Program-made: the position numbers and the translations under genes
In this document: positions 27,168-40,752 of the stretch, in pieces
Position numbering within the stretch: the first letter of the stretch is position 1
Layout of the letters: every line of letters begins with the position of its first letter
Source: Octopus sinensis
Taxonomy: Eukaryota
Reading direction: 5' to 3'
Length of the DNA stretch: 64,000 bases
NCBI RefSeq assembly: GCF_006345805.1
Contig: NC_043005.1
Location: forward strand, 40,920,001 to 40,984,000
Notes under the pieces: model-generated
Database searches by the model: none
Seen by the model: only the letters and a program-made list of their open reading frames with translations
What the model was told of the DNA's origin: nothing

Positions 27168-27480
27168 GTCATTATTCAGTTTATTTCAAGATTTCTTGCC
27201 AATAGAGAAAGAACTGGTTTCTAATCCAAGGCTCCTTCATTGGAATTTCAACATCACCAACAGGGTATGTATGTATGTGCAGATTTGTATGTTTTATGTA
27301 TGTATTCTCATGCATAGAGTTACATATCTAGACATGCTCATATATATTTAAATGATAAACTTCTGGGAAGTTTTACAGATTTTTACAGTTCCAGTGATGG
27401 ATTGGATCAGTAGCCTTCGAATTAGCTTTCTTCTTTCTGGTTTTGGGAAGCCTAATTTCTCAAGATTTAGGCAGTGTATG
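27168..27480 (-). mobile_element. 3' end of an RLE-type (R4/Dong-like) non-LTR retrotransposon abutting (CATA)n
   Basis: Minus frame LNLEKLGFPKPERRKLIRRLLIQSITGTVKICKTSQKFII* (stop 27348-27350) resembles the C-terminal Q...GTxxIx(R/K) end of R4/Dong proteins; the 3' UTR ends at a (CATA)n array. Confidence 0.5.
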
Positions 27481-27599
27481 CAGCTTTGTAATGAGAGTAG
27501 AGTCAAATTTATTGTGACAAACCAATTATATATGTATATGTGTATGTGTGCACATGCATATGTGCATACTGTACATGTTTATGTGTGTGAGTGTGTGGC

Positions 27600-27905
27600 T
27601 AGCACCCGGTCAGTTACTACTTGTTGATCTGATCAACAAAACAGCCTGCTTGTAAAATTAACCAGCAAGTGGCTGAGCACTCCACAGTCACGTGCACCTT
27701 TAACATGATTCTCAGGGAGATACATGAGACAGACTGTGACAAGGCTGGCCCATTGAATTACAGGTACAAACTCATTTTTGGCAGCTGAGTGAACTGGAGC
27801 AATGTGAAATGAAGTGCCTTGCTCAAAAACACAATGCCCTACCAGGTATTGAACTCATAATCTTATGATCTTGAGCCAAATAAACTAACTACTGGGTCAC
27901 ACACC
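27600..27905 (-). mobile_element. SINE family C (degenerate)
   Basis: Homology to 19189-19563 and 495-810. Confidence 0.7.
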
Positions 27906-28419
27906 TTCACACACACACATGCACACACACACACATATAGGTGTAGGTTGGCTGTGTGATAAGAAGTTTGCTTCCCAGCCACATGGCTCTGGGCTGAATC
28001 CCACTGTATGGTACCTTGGGCAAGTGTCTTCTGCTACAGCCTCATGCCAATCAAAAGCTTGTGAGTGGATTTGGTAGAGAAAAAAGAAACTGAGAGAAAC
28101 CCATCCTATGTTTATATACATGTATATATAATTTTGTTATACAGTTTCATAATAATCAAAACACATCAACTTGTAGGATGTCAGAAATGGCTAGGTAGAA
28201 TAACATAGAGTTCACAGTGAAATAAACATTGAATACATCAAATGTTGGTAGGATAACATAGGCATGCAAGTAGCAAATCCAATTTATAACTATAGATACA
28301 ATACAACTCTGAGATTGGTCCCTGATGTGACATAAGTATATAAATAAACATAAATAGTGTGCTGCTTTGCGAGCACTGCATATATATATATGCATATATA
28401 AAAATATATATATACATAC

Positions 28420-28479
<60 letters not shown>

Positions 28480-30360
28480 GCATATGTATATGCATGTGTA
28501 AGTATTGTATGTGTCTCTGTGTGTATGTGTATTTGTTTATGTTTGCATTTTCCAAAAATCACTCAGCTAAAGGCTGTGACATTGCTGTTATTTTCCCTAG
28601 CAACAAGTCAGCTACTGACTCTGTGCCTTTGAAGACTTCTGGAATAAGATACCTCTTACTTGTACAACAGGTAAATGGTTTGTAACAGGAAGGACATCCA
28701 GCCATAAAACAATCCCTTAATAATATAGTCTATATTTGTCTAAACCATGACAGCATGAGAAAATGGATGGAAATGTGAACAGATGAACTAATAAATTTGA
28801 GCAAGGTCCCCTATCAGAGGGTAATTTCTTCCCTTCATTCCACTAGTCTTGAAGGCCCTGCAGAAAATCACAGATGTTGCCCTTTCACATTTCAATAAAT
28901 CATTAAAAGAAAACAAAATAAAAAGAAAAGTCTATTGATTTCTTTTTGTGGCCGGTAGAGAGTTATTTGTGTTGTGATATTCACATCATTTTTTAATTAA
29001 ATATATTGAATCAACATTCAAAATCAGAGAATAATCTTAGCCTCTTGCATATCAGTACACTGTACTGTTTATCAGTTAACACAACTCTCTTTTGACCAGT
29101 TAGAAGGCTGATATTAGGGGCAATAGGTTATGAATGGTTAGACATTCTCACTTTCAATCTAACGTACATTTATATTATTGACATCACAAGGGTAAAAGAG
29201 CAAAGTCAAAACCCACTGGCATTTGAACTCCATAGGCAGAAAGAAAAGGCTAAAGAACATAATGTATTTAACCTAATACTCTTTCTCCCTCCTCTCTCTC
29301 TCTCTCTCTCGTTCTCTTTCTGTCTCTCTCTCTCTCTCTGTCTCACTGACTTTCTCCCCCACCTCTCTCTCTATATATATATTAACCTATACACACATAC
29401 TATTTTTACATTTTTATTATCATCAAATACAAACAGCAGCTTACAGATTAAGATTAAAGACTTCCATTAAAAGTCTTGAAGAGAAAATCCTAACTTACTT
29501 TCTGTCTCTCTCTTCCTCTCACTCACTCACTCACTCTATTTCAGTTTCTCTTGCTCATTCACTCTCTCACTCACTCTTACTCTTTGTCCCTCTGTCGCTG
29601 CCTGCCTGTCTGTCTGTCTTTGCTCTTATCTCTTTTTTTTCTACCAACCTACTTCCCACTTCCCTCTTCCTCACTGTCCACTTCTAGCACAGAATCGAGG
29701 GCATTGATAACTCCGCCCTCACTCAACTCTTATCCACCTCCCAGGAATATTTGGAACTATTTCTTTGTTGGACTTGCTATAGAAGTACAAAAAGCAAGAA
29801 ATGTCAAAAGCTGACACAGTCCACTTGTAGAAAGGCCAATAGATATAGTTACAGTCGCTTAGGGGATGTAAGCTGATAACTCTCTTCCTGAAGTGGCTTT
29901 ACAGTAATGAAAAGATACACACCATACTATGGCATTTCTCGAGTAAAAGTTTAATGGCATATTTTGTATGGAAGGTCAAAGTGTAATGATTTAATGCTAC
30001 ACAGGTTACATTTTTGTGAAAGTAATCAAATAAAAGATATAACGTTTTATAGCATTTCATAGGCTTTTTGATGCACGTTTTGTTTGGCAGATCAAAGTAT
30101 AATAATGATACCAAGTTTTATGATGGCAGGTCTTTTGGCTATTTTATAAAACACATTCTGCTATCCATCTGCTACCCATGATGGCTGATAGCCAAGACTG
30201 ACAGAGTGCCATACCAAATAATTTTATATTATTCAGTTTTATCTTCCCAGTTGTGAGTTGATTTTTGCTTTACTTTCTTACTTTCTTATATTTCATTACG
30301 TACCTCATTTCTTTGGGTTTCATAAGACATGTCCTAACAATCTAAGAAAATAAGTTTGAT

Positions 30361-30706
30361 TACATTATTTACATTATTTACATCATTTACATTATTTACA
30401 ATTGCCGGATATTTGTCCTCATCTTGTTTGTTGTTAACACAATGTTTCAGCTGATATGCTCTCCAAGCATTCATCAGGTGTCTTGGGGAAATTTTGAACC
30501 TGGGTTCTCATTCGTAAGGTATTTTTTGATGTTATTATTATTATTATTATTATTATAATAATTATTATTATTAAGGTCACTGCCTGGAATCGAACTCAGA
30601 ATCTTGGGGTTAGTAGCCTGCACTCTTAACCACTACACCATATGCCCACGGGCATATGGCATAGTGGTTAAGAACGTGGGCTACTAAACCCCAAGAATCC
30701 AAGTTT
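30361..30706 (-). mobile_element. SINE family E (tRNA head plus hammerhead) with inverted duplication of the head
   Basis: Minus 30647-30361: gggcatatggtgtagtggttaagag...gagttcgattccaggcagtgacc-(AAT)n-...gacacctgatga...; plus 30650-30706 is an inverted partial copy of the head. Confidence 0.8.
30436..30482 (-). ncRNA. Minimal type-I hammerhead motif in SINE family E
   Basis: GACAC CTGATGA atgcttggagagcatatcagct GAAAC AT T GTGTT; stem I GACAC/GUGUU; GAAACAT is consistent with CpG decay of the GAAACGT seen in the 15798 copy. Confidence 0.6.
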
Positions 30707-31022
30707 ATCTCGACAACTTCCTGCATGAGAAATGCTTCAAACTAGGCAATGTGTTTCTCCCTTTTTACGATTAGAAAATGTGATTTAAGAGAGATTTGTC
30801 TGCCAATTCTTGTTTGTTGAGTGATGCTATAAAGTTTCCATTATAGATTCATTGTCTTTTAATTTAAAATCATGGCTGAATCAATGCGTTCTTTTATTTC
30901 CTTTGATGTGATAAAGTAAACACTAATAATACACACTATTGATGCAATTGCCCAATGTTTCAATAAGAATTATAAACATATTTCTTTCTTTATAATCTTC
31001 AAAAGAAGTGGGTGTAAAAACG

Positions 31023-31480
31023 ATGGCATGGTTGTGTGGTAAGAAGTTTGCTTCCCAACCACATGGTTCTGGGTTCAGTCCCACTGGATGGCATATTGGG
31101 CAAGTGCCTACTACTATAGCCTCAGGCTGACCAAAGCCTTGTGAATGGATTTGGTCGACATAAACAGAAAAAAGCCCATCATATATATGTGTATATACAT
31201 GATGGGCTTCTTTCATCCCATCATATGTGTATGTGTGTGTGTGTATTTGTCTTTCTGTCTGTGCTTGTCCTCCCTCAACCCCACCCCACCCCTGCTTGAC
31301 AACCGGTGCTGGTGTGTTTATGTCCCTGTAACATGGTGGTTTGGCAAAAGAGACTGATAGAATAAGTACGAGGCTTTAAAAGATAATTTCTGGGGGTTGA
31401 AACAGTTGACAAAAAGATCCTTCAATGTGGCGCTCCAGCATGGCCTCAGTCTAATGACTGAAACAAATAAAAAGATAAAA
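31023..31480 (+). mobile_element. SINE family A (diverged subfamily)
   Basis: Head and tail homology to family A. Confidence 0.8.
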
Positions 31481-31840
31481 AGATACATGAATATACACTT
31501 ACATCCATCCATTCATATAAGTATGCATACATATGTACAAAGACACGCATGCATACACATGCAACACACACACATACACATATAGACACATAAATCAGGT
31601 GCAACTTCCTGGTATTTATACCAGCACTTAGAATTTTAAAAATCTAAGCCACATAATTGAAGGAGAGTATACGTAGGATGTGAGTATTCTGGTCGTAGCC
31701 ATCCCTCATGAAATTGAAAGATGTATATTAACATCTTTTACATACTGTATCATGTGGTTCAAATGACCATTTTCTCTCTTAGATTATAGCAATTTATTCT
31801 TATATGCAACCATAACAGGTGGTGATTTGTGGAATGCATA

Positions 31841-32068
31841 TACAAGGAGTGCTGAAAAGTTCCTGGCTTTGGATAAAAGAAAATATAGGAGGATCAGTTA
31901 ATTATGAACATTTATGATTTTATTCAACATATTCTCCTCTCAGATTCACACACTTTGCAGTGGTCCTTCAGTTTTTCTAAGCCCTGTTAAAGAACTAAGA
32001 AAGTTGGGCCTTTAACCAGGTCTTTTGTGATGCCCTTACAGCCAAGAACTTACTAGTACCCCCTCATA
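31841..32068. mobile_element. Tc1/mariner-type MITE
   Basis: Imperfect TIRs tacaaggagtgctgaaaagttcctggct / agccaagaacttactagtaccccctcata; TA on both flanks. Confidence 0.7.
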
Positions 32069-34469
32069 TAACATAAGATTACAGGGACATGTCAAAAGTA
32101 AATACTATCTTTCTGTTCTTACCACTAGCTTAAAGTTGCACAGAGGAAAACTTAACATGGCCTCTACTAATCAACAAAGAGCATTTGAGAGTCTAACATA
32201 TTCAGGGATAGTCCTGGGTATGACTTTGATTTGCATCCAGTTGTGGAGATCCTGGTATGGGAGTTCCAGGGTTTTGAGGGGCATAAAACTTCCTCTTAGC
32301 CACTATTGTCCCCAACTCAGAGTTGTAGCACCTATCAGGGTCCCAGTTACAGGTTACTTAGCATGTCAAGGAACTGCCTTCAGAAGAAGGCCATTTACAA
32401 ATGCCCCAACATACCCAAGGCATTTGAAGCTCTTCACTTTAGCTGCTTATCTTAGAGGAAGTAACTTCATTCAAAACCTGCATCCTGATAACTATTGGGC
32501 TTGTAGCACTTGTTGCACTAGACCAATATAAGTTTGAAAGATGAAGGAGAGGGCCTGGCTTTGCACAAACTGTGCTCACTGTAATAATAAACCCCTGCTG
32601 CTTTGTTGGATAATCTACAGAGCATTTAAATAAGGCTAAGGGAGTAAATCCTTATAGAGAATTCAGAGTGTGGTTCCTAAGGCAGATATGTATGGTTATA
32701 CTTAATGAATGTCTGGTTTCCTTGCAGCACCATGGACACTGTGAACATATTAACATGCCTTTCCATTGTGATGTATCAACAAGTGAAGAGATGATAAATG
32801 TACTTGAGGCTAGGCACTTGCTTTTGGAAACAGCCCAGGCACAACAGAAATGGTTAAGCTATTGTCTCTGCAATACTGATGACCAATGATGGAAAGGTTG
32901 ACCATACTCAGGGATATTGGATATGATCTACATAAACAGTATAATGTAATACATACTCAATGTAATCAACATTCAATAACGCTTACTTCCACAATTACTT
33001 GTTGGGAAGGACACAGCATTTCATTTTGCAACCATAATGTACTACCAAGTATATTAAAGGTTTATAAATCAACATTGTGTTTTACCTTTTTGCGTTAGCA
33101 GTGTGATTCAATCACTTTCTAGGGGGAGGGGGAGGAAGAGGAGAAGAGGGAGGAGGAGGAGAGGGAGTCTATAGAAATTAGTAACTACATTCATCTCTTA
33201 TAGAGATTTTTTAAGTAGCTGCTTTGCTTGCTGCAAGATCAGTGACTGGTTATCACTTATTTTTCTATATATTGTGAGCTGGAGTGGATTACTGCTATTT
33301 CTAGTGAATGGGTGTCCACCACCGAGGATGAGTAAAGATAGCTTGAAACTGTATGGTCTTGTGGTCCTGTTGTCTGCAGGAAGATGGTAGGAGTTTACTC
33401 CCCTGCTTGCAATATATATCAGGTACAGATTGCATTAATAACCAACTGGAGGTTTCTCCTGGGGTTAAAAATGGTAGTAACATCAGTTCCTATGGGATAG
33501 CCATATTGAAGTGGTGATAAACATTACTTCTACAGAAATTCTACAGACCTTAGATCCAACACTGTATTTGTATTCATATTTGTATACAAAACATCGTAAC
33601 TTTCAGTGTGGATCTAAATTCTATAGAATATCTGTAGAGATAACTTTAAAATGACTTACTTTTACATAATTGATACTTGAAACACCAACCACACAATTCA
33701 CATAACTCACATTCTACACCAAGAGTCAGCACACTAACATAGCTAGAGTGTGTACCACCTGGGGCAACCCTTCCATTTGCTGCCTCTGGTCCCCACAAAA
33801 AACACGTATTGCCTACAAGAGACCCAAAAGTGCCGCCCCTACCACCCCCATATAGCTATCCTAGTGGGTCAGCAACAGGTGGCACAGCCCTCAAGAAGGC
33901 CATTCAAGTGTTCTCTGTTGATGCTTGGAGATACTGCAAAAAATTTTCAAATTTAATGTATTTGTGGGCCATTTTAACCATTGATGACTTTTAGGTAGTA
34001 TTTTGTGTCACAACTTTTACTTATCTAAGCACTGCAAGGAATGGAAACTGGTATAAGACATTGATATTTATGTATGTGAGATACAGAGTAATGTGCATGT
34101 AGGCCATGGGCAAATGTAAAATGAGGAAAAATGTAAGCCACTGCAAAAAGAAGTTGCTGATCTTTATTCTACCCATGCAACACTTTCATTTCATACTGTA
34201 CATCTGTGTTTCCAAACTTCAGAACTAATTTTCATTTCATGGAATGCTGGAAATTCAGGTTAAATTTCATGTGTCTTTGAATAACACTATGGATGATTTA
34301 TGGAGGGTTGCTGGCCAGTTTGACTTGTCACCAGAATGGGTGCTGGTCTAACAGATTCTCTTATCACTGCTTGCCAAAATTATCTTCTAATGCTAAAACA
34401 TATAATAACCACTCAGATGGCGCATACAAAATGTGAAGTCAACTCAACAAAATAAGAATTCACATTACA

Positions 34470-35033
34470 CTCCTCCTCCCCATCCCCTCCCCTCCTCCCT
34501 TCTCTCCTCTCCTCTTTCACCTCCCCCTCTCCTACTACCTGCTTCCTCCCCCCTCTCCTACTACCTGCTTCCTCCTCTCCTCTGCCCCTCTTCCTTCTTC
34601 TCCTCCTCCCTTCTCTCCTCTCCTCTGCCACCTCTGCCACCACTGCCACCTCTGCCACCTCCACCACCTCCACCACCTCTGCCACCTCCACCACCTCATC
34701 CTCCTTCTCTTCCACCACCACCACCGCCTTCTCCTCCACCACCTCCTTCTCCTCCACCACCTCCTTCTCCTCCACCACCTCCTTCTCCTCCACTACCTCC
34801 TTCTCCTCCACCACCTCCTTCTCCTCCACCACCCCTCCTCCTCCTCCACCATCTCCTTCTCCACCACACCCATCTCCTCCATCACCTCCTCCTCCCATCC
34901 CTATCCGCCTCTCCCCTCCTCCCTCACATCCTCCTCCTTCGCCTCCTCCTCCATCTCCTCCTCCTCATCCATCACCCACTTTTCCACCCCTCCTCCTCCT
35001 CTACATTCTCCTCCTCCTCTACATTCTCCTCCT
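34470..35033. repeat. Pyrimidine-rich (CCT/CCA) low-complexity tract with 18-bp tandem units
   Basis: ccaccacctccttctcct repeated about 6 times; explains the poly-P and VVEEKE ORFs. Confidence 0.9.
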
Positions 35034-35630
35034 AAACTGATGAAACATTAAAATAACACCAGAAACTACAAACCACAACAAATCCACAATAAATCAAAAT
35101 TGATGTAGCAGTATTCAAATGCAATTCTGCATTCCCAAAAGACACTGCTGTGCACATCTCTGGAACACAAAGAGGAACATGATGACACAGCTGAGATTCA
35201 CATATAATTTTTTTGAAAATAGGATAATGATAATAATAAACTTATGGTAGAGTCATGCCATTTTATAGAGAAAGAATTGCACACTCGAATCGACTATTAA
35301 AATTAAAACAACAATGCTAAAAATTACAAAATCAAAAACAAACAAGCAAATAAAATGGTTCACATCAGTAATCAAAAAGTTATTCTCCACAGATATGTCT
35401 GAATATAAAACTATGAAGTCAGAAGCCACAGCTTAAACAAATTACAGCAAAAATGACAGATGACAGAAGTATAAAGTGGAGATGAGCTAGAAGAGATTTG
35501 TTTTTAAATTATACAGAAGATTTTTTTTTAATGGAAATCTCGAGACCTCTGAACATACTAGAAAATCACTTAAAAAAGCAAGTCTGTGTGTATGAGTGTA
35601 TGTCTGTGAGTATGCATTATATGTACGTAC

Positions 35631-35663
<33 letters not shown>

Positions 35664-35682
35664 CATATATAAATACATATAC

Positions 35683-35725
<43 letters not shown>

Positions 35726-35745
35726 TATATATATTATATATATAT

Positions 35746-36063
35746 ATCATCATCATCATCATCATCATCATTTAGCGTCCGTTTTCCATGCTAGCATGGG
35801 TTGGACGTTTTAACTGGGGTCTGTGAAGCCGGGAGGCTTCATCAGGCCCAGTCAGATTTGGCAGTGTTTCTATGGCTGGATGCCCTTCCTAACGCCAACC
35901 ACTCCGTGAGTGTAGTGGGTGCTTTTTACATGCCACCTGCACAGGTGCCAGACAAGCTGGCAAACGGCCACGAACGGATGCTGCTTTTACGTGCTACCGG
36001 CACGGGGGCCAGGCGAGGCTGGCAATGGACAAGAACGGATGCTGCTTTTACGTGCTACCGGCA
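35746..36063 (-). mobile_element. Family-D element
   Basis: Homologous to 2601-2830. Confidence 0.8.
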
Positions 36064-36078
36064 ATATATATATATAAT

Positions 36079-36478
36079 AGGTGTAGGAGTGGCTGTGTGG
36101 TAAGTAGGTTACTTACCAATCACATGGTTCCGGGTTCAGTCCCATTGTGTGACACCTTGGGCAAGTGTTTTCTACTATAGCCTCAGGCTGACCAAAAGCC
36201 TTGTGAGTAGATTTGGTAGACAGAAACTGAAAGAAGCCCGTCGTATATATATATATATATGTGTGTGTGTGTATATGTTTTTGTGTCTGTGTTTGTTCCC
36301 CCAGCATTGCTTGATAACCAATGCTGGTGTGTTTACATACCCATAACTTAGCGGTTTGGCAAAAAAGACCAATAGAAGAAGTACTAGGCTTACAAAGAAT
36401 AAGTCCTGGGGTCGTTTTGCTTGACTAAAGGGGATGCTCCAGCATGGCCGCAGTCAAATAACAAACAAGTAAAGAGTA
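36079..36478 (+). mobile_element. Full-length SINE family A
   Basis: aggtgtaggagtggctgtgtggtaagtag...gcatggccgcagtcaaat. Confidence 0.9.
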
Positions 36479-36893
36479 TATGTATATATATGTATATGTG
36501 TGTATACTAATATGCATGTGTACATTCTTGCATGCGTATATACTCATTTAAATGAGTACACATGTGTGTGTGTGTGTCTATGAGTGTGTTCATGCATGCC
36601 CATATACAGATGCACATGCTCGCTTGAATACAGACATACACGCAAAACCACATGAGCACGTTCACACACCCACATATACAACTATATACTTGCACATATC
36701 ACCCCTTCCTACTTTCCCTTCAACAACCCGACTGATTTCCTGTCCACAACACGGTCGATTTCCTGTCCAACTAACTATTGTTGCTGATATATTGATATAC
36801 CAACATCAAACCATGACACTGCATGACCTTCCTTGACTAATCACAGCACACTTTACGGTAATAACGATCAACTTCTTTCATTCAAATTCAAAA

Positions 36894-36933
36894 TGGCTGA
36901 AGACTAGCATCATGCTTGAAACTCAGAGTACCA
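36894..36933 (+). ncRNA. Minimal type-I hammerhead ribozyme (family H5)
   Basis: TGG CTGAAGA ct AGCA tca TGCT t GAAAC TC a GA GTA CCA: canonical core; stem III identical to that at 8231-8243. Confidence 0.65.
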
Positions 36934-37317
36934 ATGAATTTCAATCAAACTATTTTGATCCAAACATGCAACTCCCAATAAACTTGTTGAATGCCTTTCT
37001 TTTGTTTGTCCACTCACTCATACAATTGCTCCAGACTCTGTTGAGCGCGATTTGTTAACATCTGACCAACAGTTTGCAATGGAGAGACAACCACTACCAT
37101 ACTCACTGAGGAATATCCAAATACCTCCAAGGAAAATCTACTTGACATGACTTACAGGGAAGATGGAAAGTGTCATCTATGGAAATCTATTCATCACTAC
37201 ATCTATGGATAAATTCAGCTTCAAATCCCAAAAGTGCCTAGCCATGTATGAAAGACCTTGAGAACTTTGGGACTGACCTATGGAACATTATATGTCTATA
37301 TATGTGTGTATATATAC

Positions 37318-37362
<45 letters not shown>

Positions 37363-37511
37363 CATAAAGGGTCAAATTAATTAATTAATTAATAATTAAT
37401 AATTTTACCAAGTAGTTTGGTATGTTACAATAACCTTTATTGTTAACCTTATACAAAAATTTTATAATTAAAGGCATAATTATAAAATTTTATATATATA
37501 TATGTGTGTGT

Positions 37512-37850
37512 AAGGAAAACAGCAAATGGAGATACAATTAATGGAAAACAGTTGATTTACATCAATTATAATTTATTAATTAATTACAAAAAGACATAAT
37601 CTCAACTTACAGTGGTTTCAGTTGGCATGATTCTCAGTTCTAACTGCCACAATAAGTGATTCAATTTGGTATAACTAATTACCTACAATGATAACTATCA
37701 CTACTATTATTGTGGTGGTTAGAACTGAGAATCATGTTAACTGAAACAGCTGTAAGTTGAGATTCCGTCTTTTTGTAATCAATTGATAAATGATAATTGA
37801 TGTAAATCGATTGTTATCCATTAATTGTATCTACATTTTCTGTTTTCCTT
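37512..37850. repeat. Long inverted repeat (~143-bp arms, ~50-bp spacer)
   Basis: aaggaaaacagcaaatggagatacaattaatgg...gttctaactgccacaataa is mirrored at 37706-37850; contains GAAACAGCTGTA. Confidence 0.85.
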
Positions 37851-37964
37851 GAATACTGATAAACTCCAGTTTATTTTTGTCATTACCTATCACTTATGAG
37901 CATTAACATCAATACTCATTATTAAATATAGGTAATACACCAGTGGATTCATTGGATACAGGTT

Positions 37965-38150
37965 ATCCATCACTAGCCACTACACATTCTTTATTTTCTC
38001 TCCTTGTTTCTTTCTGCATTCCTTTCTGTGGAAGAGCGTAGGCTCGAAACATTAAAGACTTTTTCACTTCCTGAGCATTATACTAATACATCTGTTTGTT
38101 GTCTACACCACCTGTCTTTGTCTTTTGTTTTTTTGTGAATTCTCCCCTAT
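37965..38150 (+). mobile_element. Family H1 element with hammerhead-like motif at 38022-38057 (core CUGUGGAA)
   Basis: CTTT CTGTGGAA GAGC gtag GCTC GAAAC ATT AAAG; reverse complement of 6581-6810; ends at (CA)n. Confidence 0.7.
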
Positions 38151-38921
38151 ACACACACACACACACACACACATGTAAAGTAAATGAGTGGAAATTTTAC
38201 TGGTGAGTGTGTTAAATTATAAGGCAGGCACCAGATAGTTGTGTCAGTGACTTTTGCACAACCTCAAATTTTAGATCCAATTAGGCTTACACAACATCTC
38301 ACAGACCCTCTCTACCTTACTGACATATTCCAGAGATAATCCAGAGCAATATATCCAATGGTAATATAGTCCACAAGCTCAGGAATGTGTGTGCTATGAT
38401 CCCAAGCATAAGCAATAGATTTCCAAAATGTCTAATGCCATTCCCTGCATAGTTGGTTTTATATCTAAGTTATCTTCTCCTAGAGACATGCTTTAACAAT
38501 ATATGAGTGCAAGCATAGCTGTATGATAAGAATTTCACTTCCCAACGACATAGTCAAAGGTTCAGTCCTACTGCATGGCACCTAAGCAAATGTCTTTTAT
38601 TTCATCCCTGAGTAGGTTTGGTAGACAGAAACTGAAAGAAGCCTGTTGTATCTGTATATGTGTGTGTCTTTGTATTTATGCTACACAACTTGACAACCAC
38701 TGTTGGTTTGTTCACATCCTTGTAACAAAGTGGTTCAGTGAAGAGACTAATACAATAAGTACCAGGTTTAAAAAATATTAGTACTGGTATTGATTTGTTT
38801 GCCTAAATACTTAAGAGTGGTGTTCCAGAATGATCGCAGTCAAAGATAAGAAAAAATATATATACACACACATCCACACACATCTCCTGATATAATAATG
38901 AATGTTGTGTTTTTATATATT

Positions 38922-38963
<42 letters not shown>

Positions 38964-39959
38964 TCCAAAATCACACAGTAGGGGTGAAAGGAGAAGAGAG
39001 AAAATAGTAATTCAGTGAAGGAGAAGTAGTGAGAGTAATAGCCATGACTGAGAGGGAGTGAGAGAAAGTAATAGCAATGAGAGAGAGGTGGCAAAGAGAG
39101 TGTTGTGTATATTCTACTATAATAATCTACTATAGTAATATTCCTGTGTATTTCTCCGTTAGAGCATATAAATGAGAAAGGAAGGCATGATCCACCAATG
39201 GAAGTGGGATGGTGAAAAGTCAATGGTGAAACTAAAATCAAATAGGGCTTCAAATCTGTGTAAGTATATGTGTGTGCATGTAAAAGGGAGGAATGCGAAT
39301 GTTTGTGTGTGTGTGTGTGTGTGTTGTGTAAAATATATTTATATATTTGAGTGAGTGTGTATGTGTTTGTGTATGTTTATTTAGAAAGATACATAGAAAA
39401 TAGAATTTCAGATACATGCGCATTTACACATACACATGTATATAAACACACTTAAAAAGGAAGGAAGTAAGCTGTGACAAATTATAGAAAACTGTGTTCA
39501 CTACAGACTGTGCTACTCATGCGCATAAATGTATACATATGCACACACACACACACGCAACACACAGAGTTGAAGCACTGTTTGGTTTTTTTTTCACCTT
39601 TTTTTGTACCCTTTTTATATATAAGCTACTACAATTAGCTCTCGTTTCTGATGGCACGGGGCCAGCTAGTATAATAATAAAAACATAATATAGATTATAG
39701 TAAATATTTTTTCCACCTAAATACTAATTTAAGATTTAAAAGAGGAGCAGCAATCATACTGCTGAGACTGAAGTTAAATATCTAATGCTTGTTGGCTGAT
39801 CCCATTAACAATCACACTGAAATTTGATTTCCTTCTTTCTTAGATTTGATACATAAATCTTGTCAAAACCTCAGTTCCATTTATTAATGAATCAAAAAAA
39901 AAAATGAAAAAAGAGGAATCTTACACTGTCCAAGTGAGGGATATATCATCCATAATTAT

Positions 39960-40191
39960 AGGGTGGCGAGCTGGCAGACACGTTAGCGTGCCGGGCGAAA
40001 TGCTTAGCGGTATTTCATCTGTCGTTACGTTCTGAGTTCAAATTCCGCCGAGGCCGACTTTGCCTTTCATCCTTTCGGAGTCGATAAATAAAGTACCAGT
40101 TTTGCACTGTGGTCGATGTAATCGACTTAATCCCTTTGTCTATCCTTGTTTGTCCCCACTATGTTTAGCCCCTTGTGGGCAATAAAGAACT
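39960..40191 (+). mobile_element. Young SINE family B with 19-bp TSD
   Basis: TSD atatatcatccataattat at 39941-39959 and 40192-40210; intact CpG-rich head. Confidence 0.92.
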
Positions 40192-40752
40192 ATATATCAT
40201 CCATAATTATCTATGAGGTGCTGTTGAAATGAAAATAGAATTATAGGCACCTTTGAAAGAATCGTGAAGTACAAACTAGATAACAGATTGCATGTAGTAG
40301 TAGCTGGCATATCCGAAAATCCTATTTGTAATAATTATGGAAGGGATGTACACCCAGCTTTGAGAACGGCCACCAATAAAGTATCCACTCCAGTCACATA
40401 CTGTTTAACCTTCAGCAACATATGTGGGAAATAAACATTTTCTTTTGTTACTTCCAAATACCTAACTTAGTCTTAAGGCTTATCAAAACTAGAATATGTT
40501 TATAACCCTGCAGGGAAAATAATAACAGGAAACAAAGCAATGTAGTGAAGTCTCAGTATTGAATGAATTATGTATATATTGTATGTTTAGTAAAAAGTAA
40601 AGCTTACTTTTTGAATAGGGTAAAAAAATAAATAAAAACAATGTGTTGCACACCATTAATTAATTCATTCATTCATCCATTTATCTGCCCTATTATGCTA
40701 ATTAGCAACACCTGTTTAGCTCTGATCAAGGTAATACAAAATAAAAATAGCT

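Noticed and set aside
32136-32900. 131-aa and 73-aa ORFs of normal complexity
   Set aside because: No recognisable domain; probably old TE debris.
34413-35035. Extensin/formin-like proline-rich ORF
   Set aside because: Arises from a CCT/CCA low-complexity tract; no splice or homology support.
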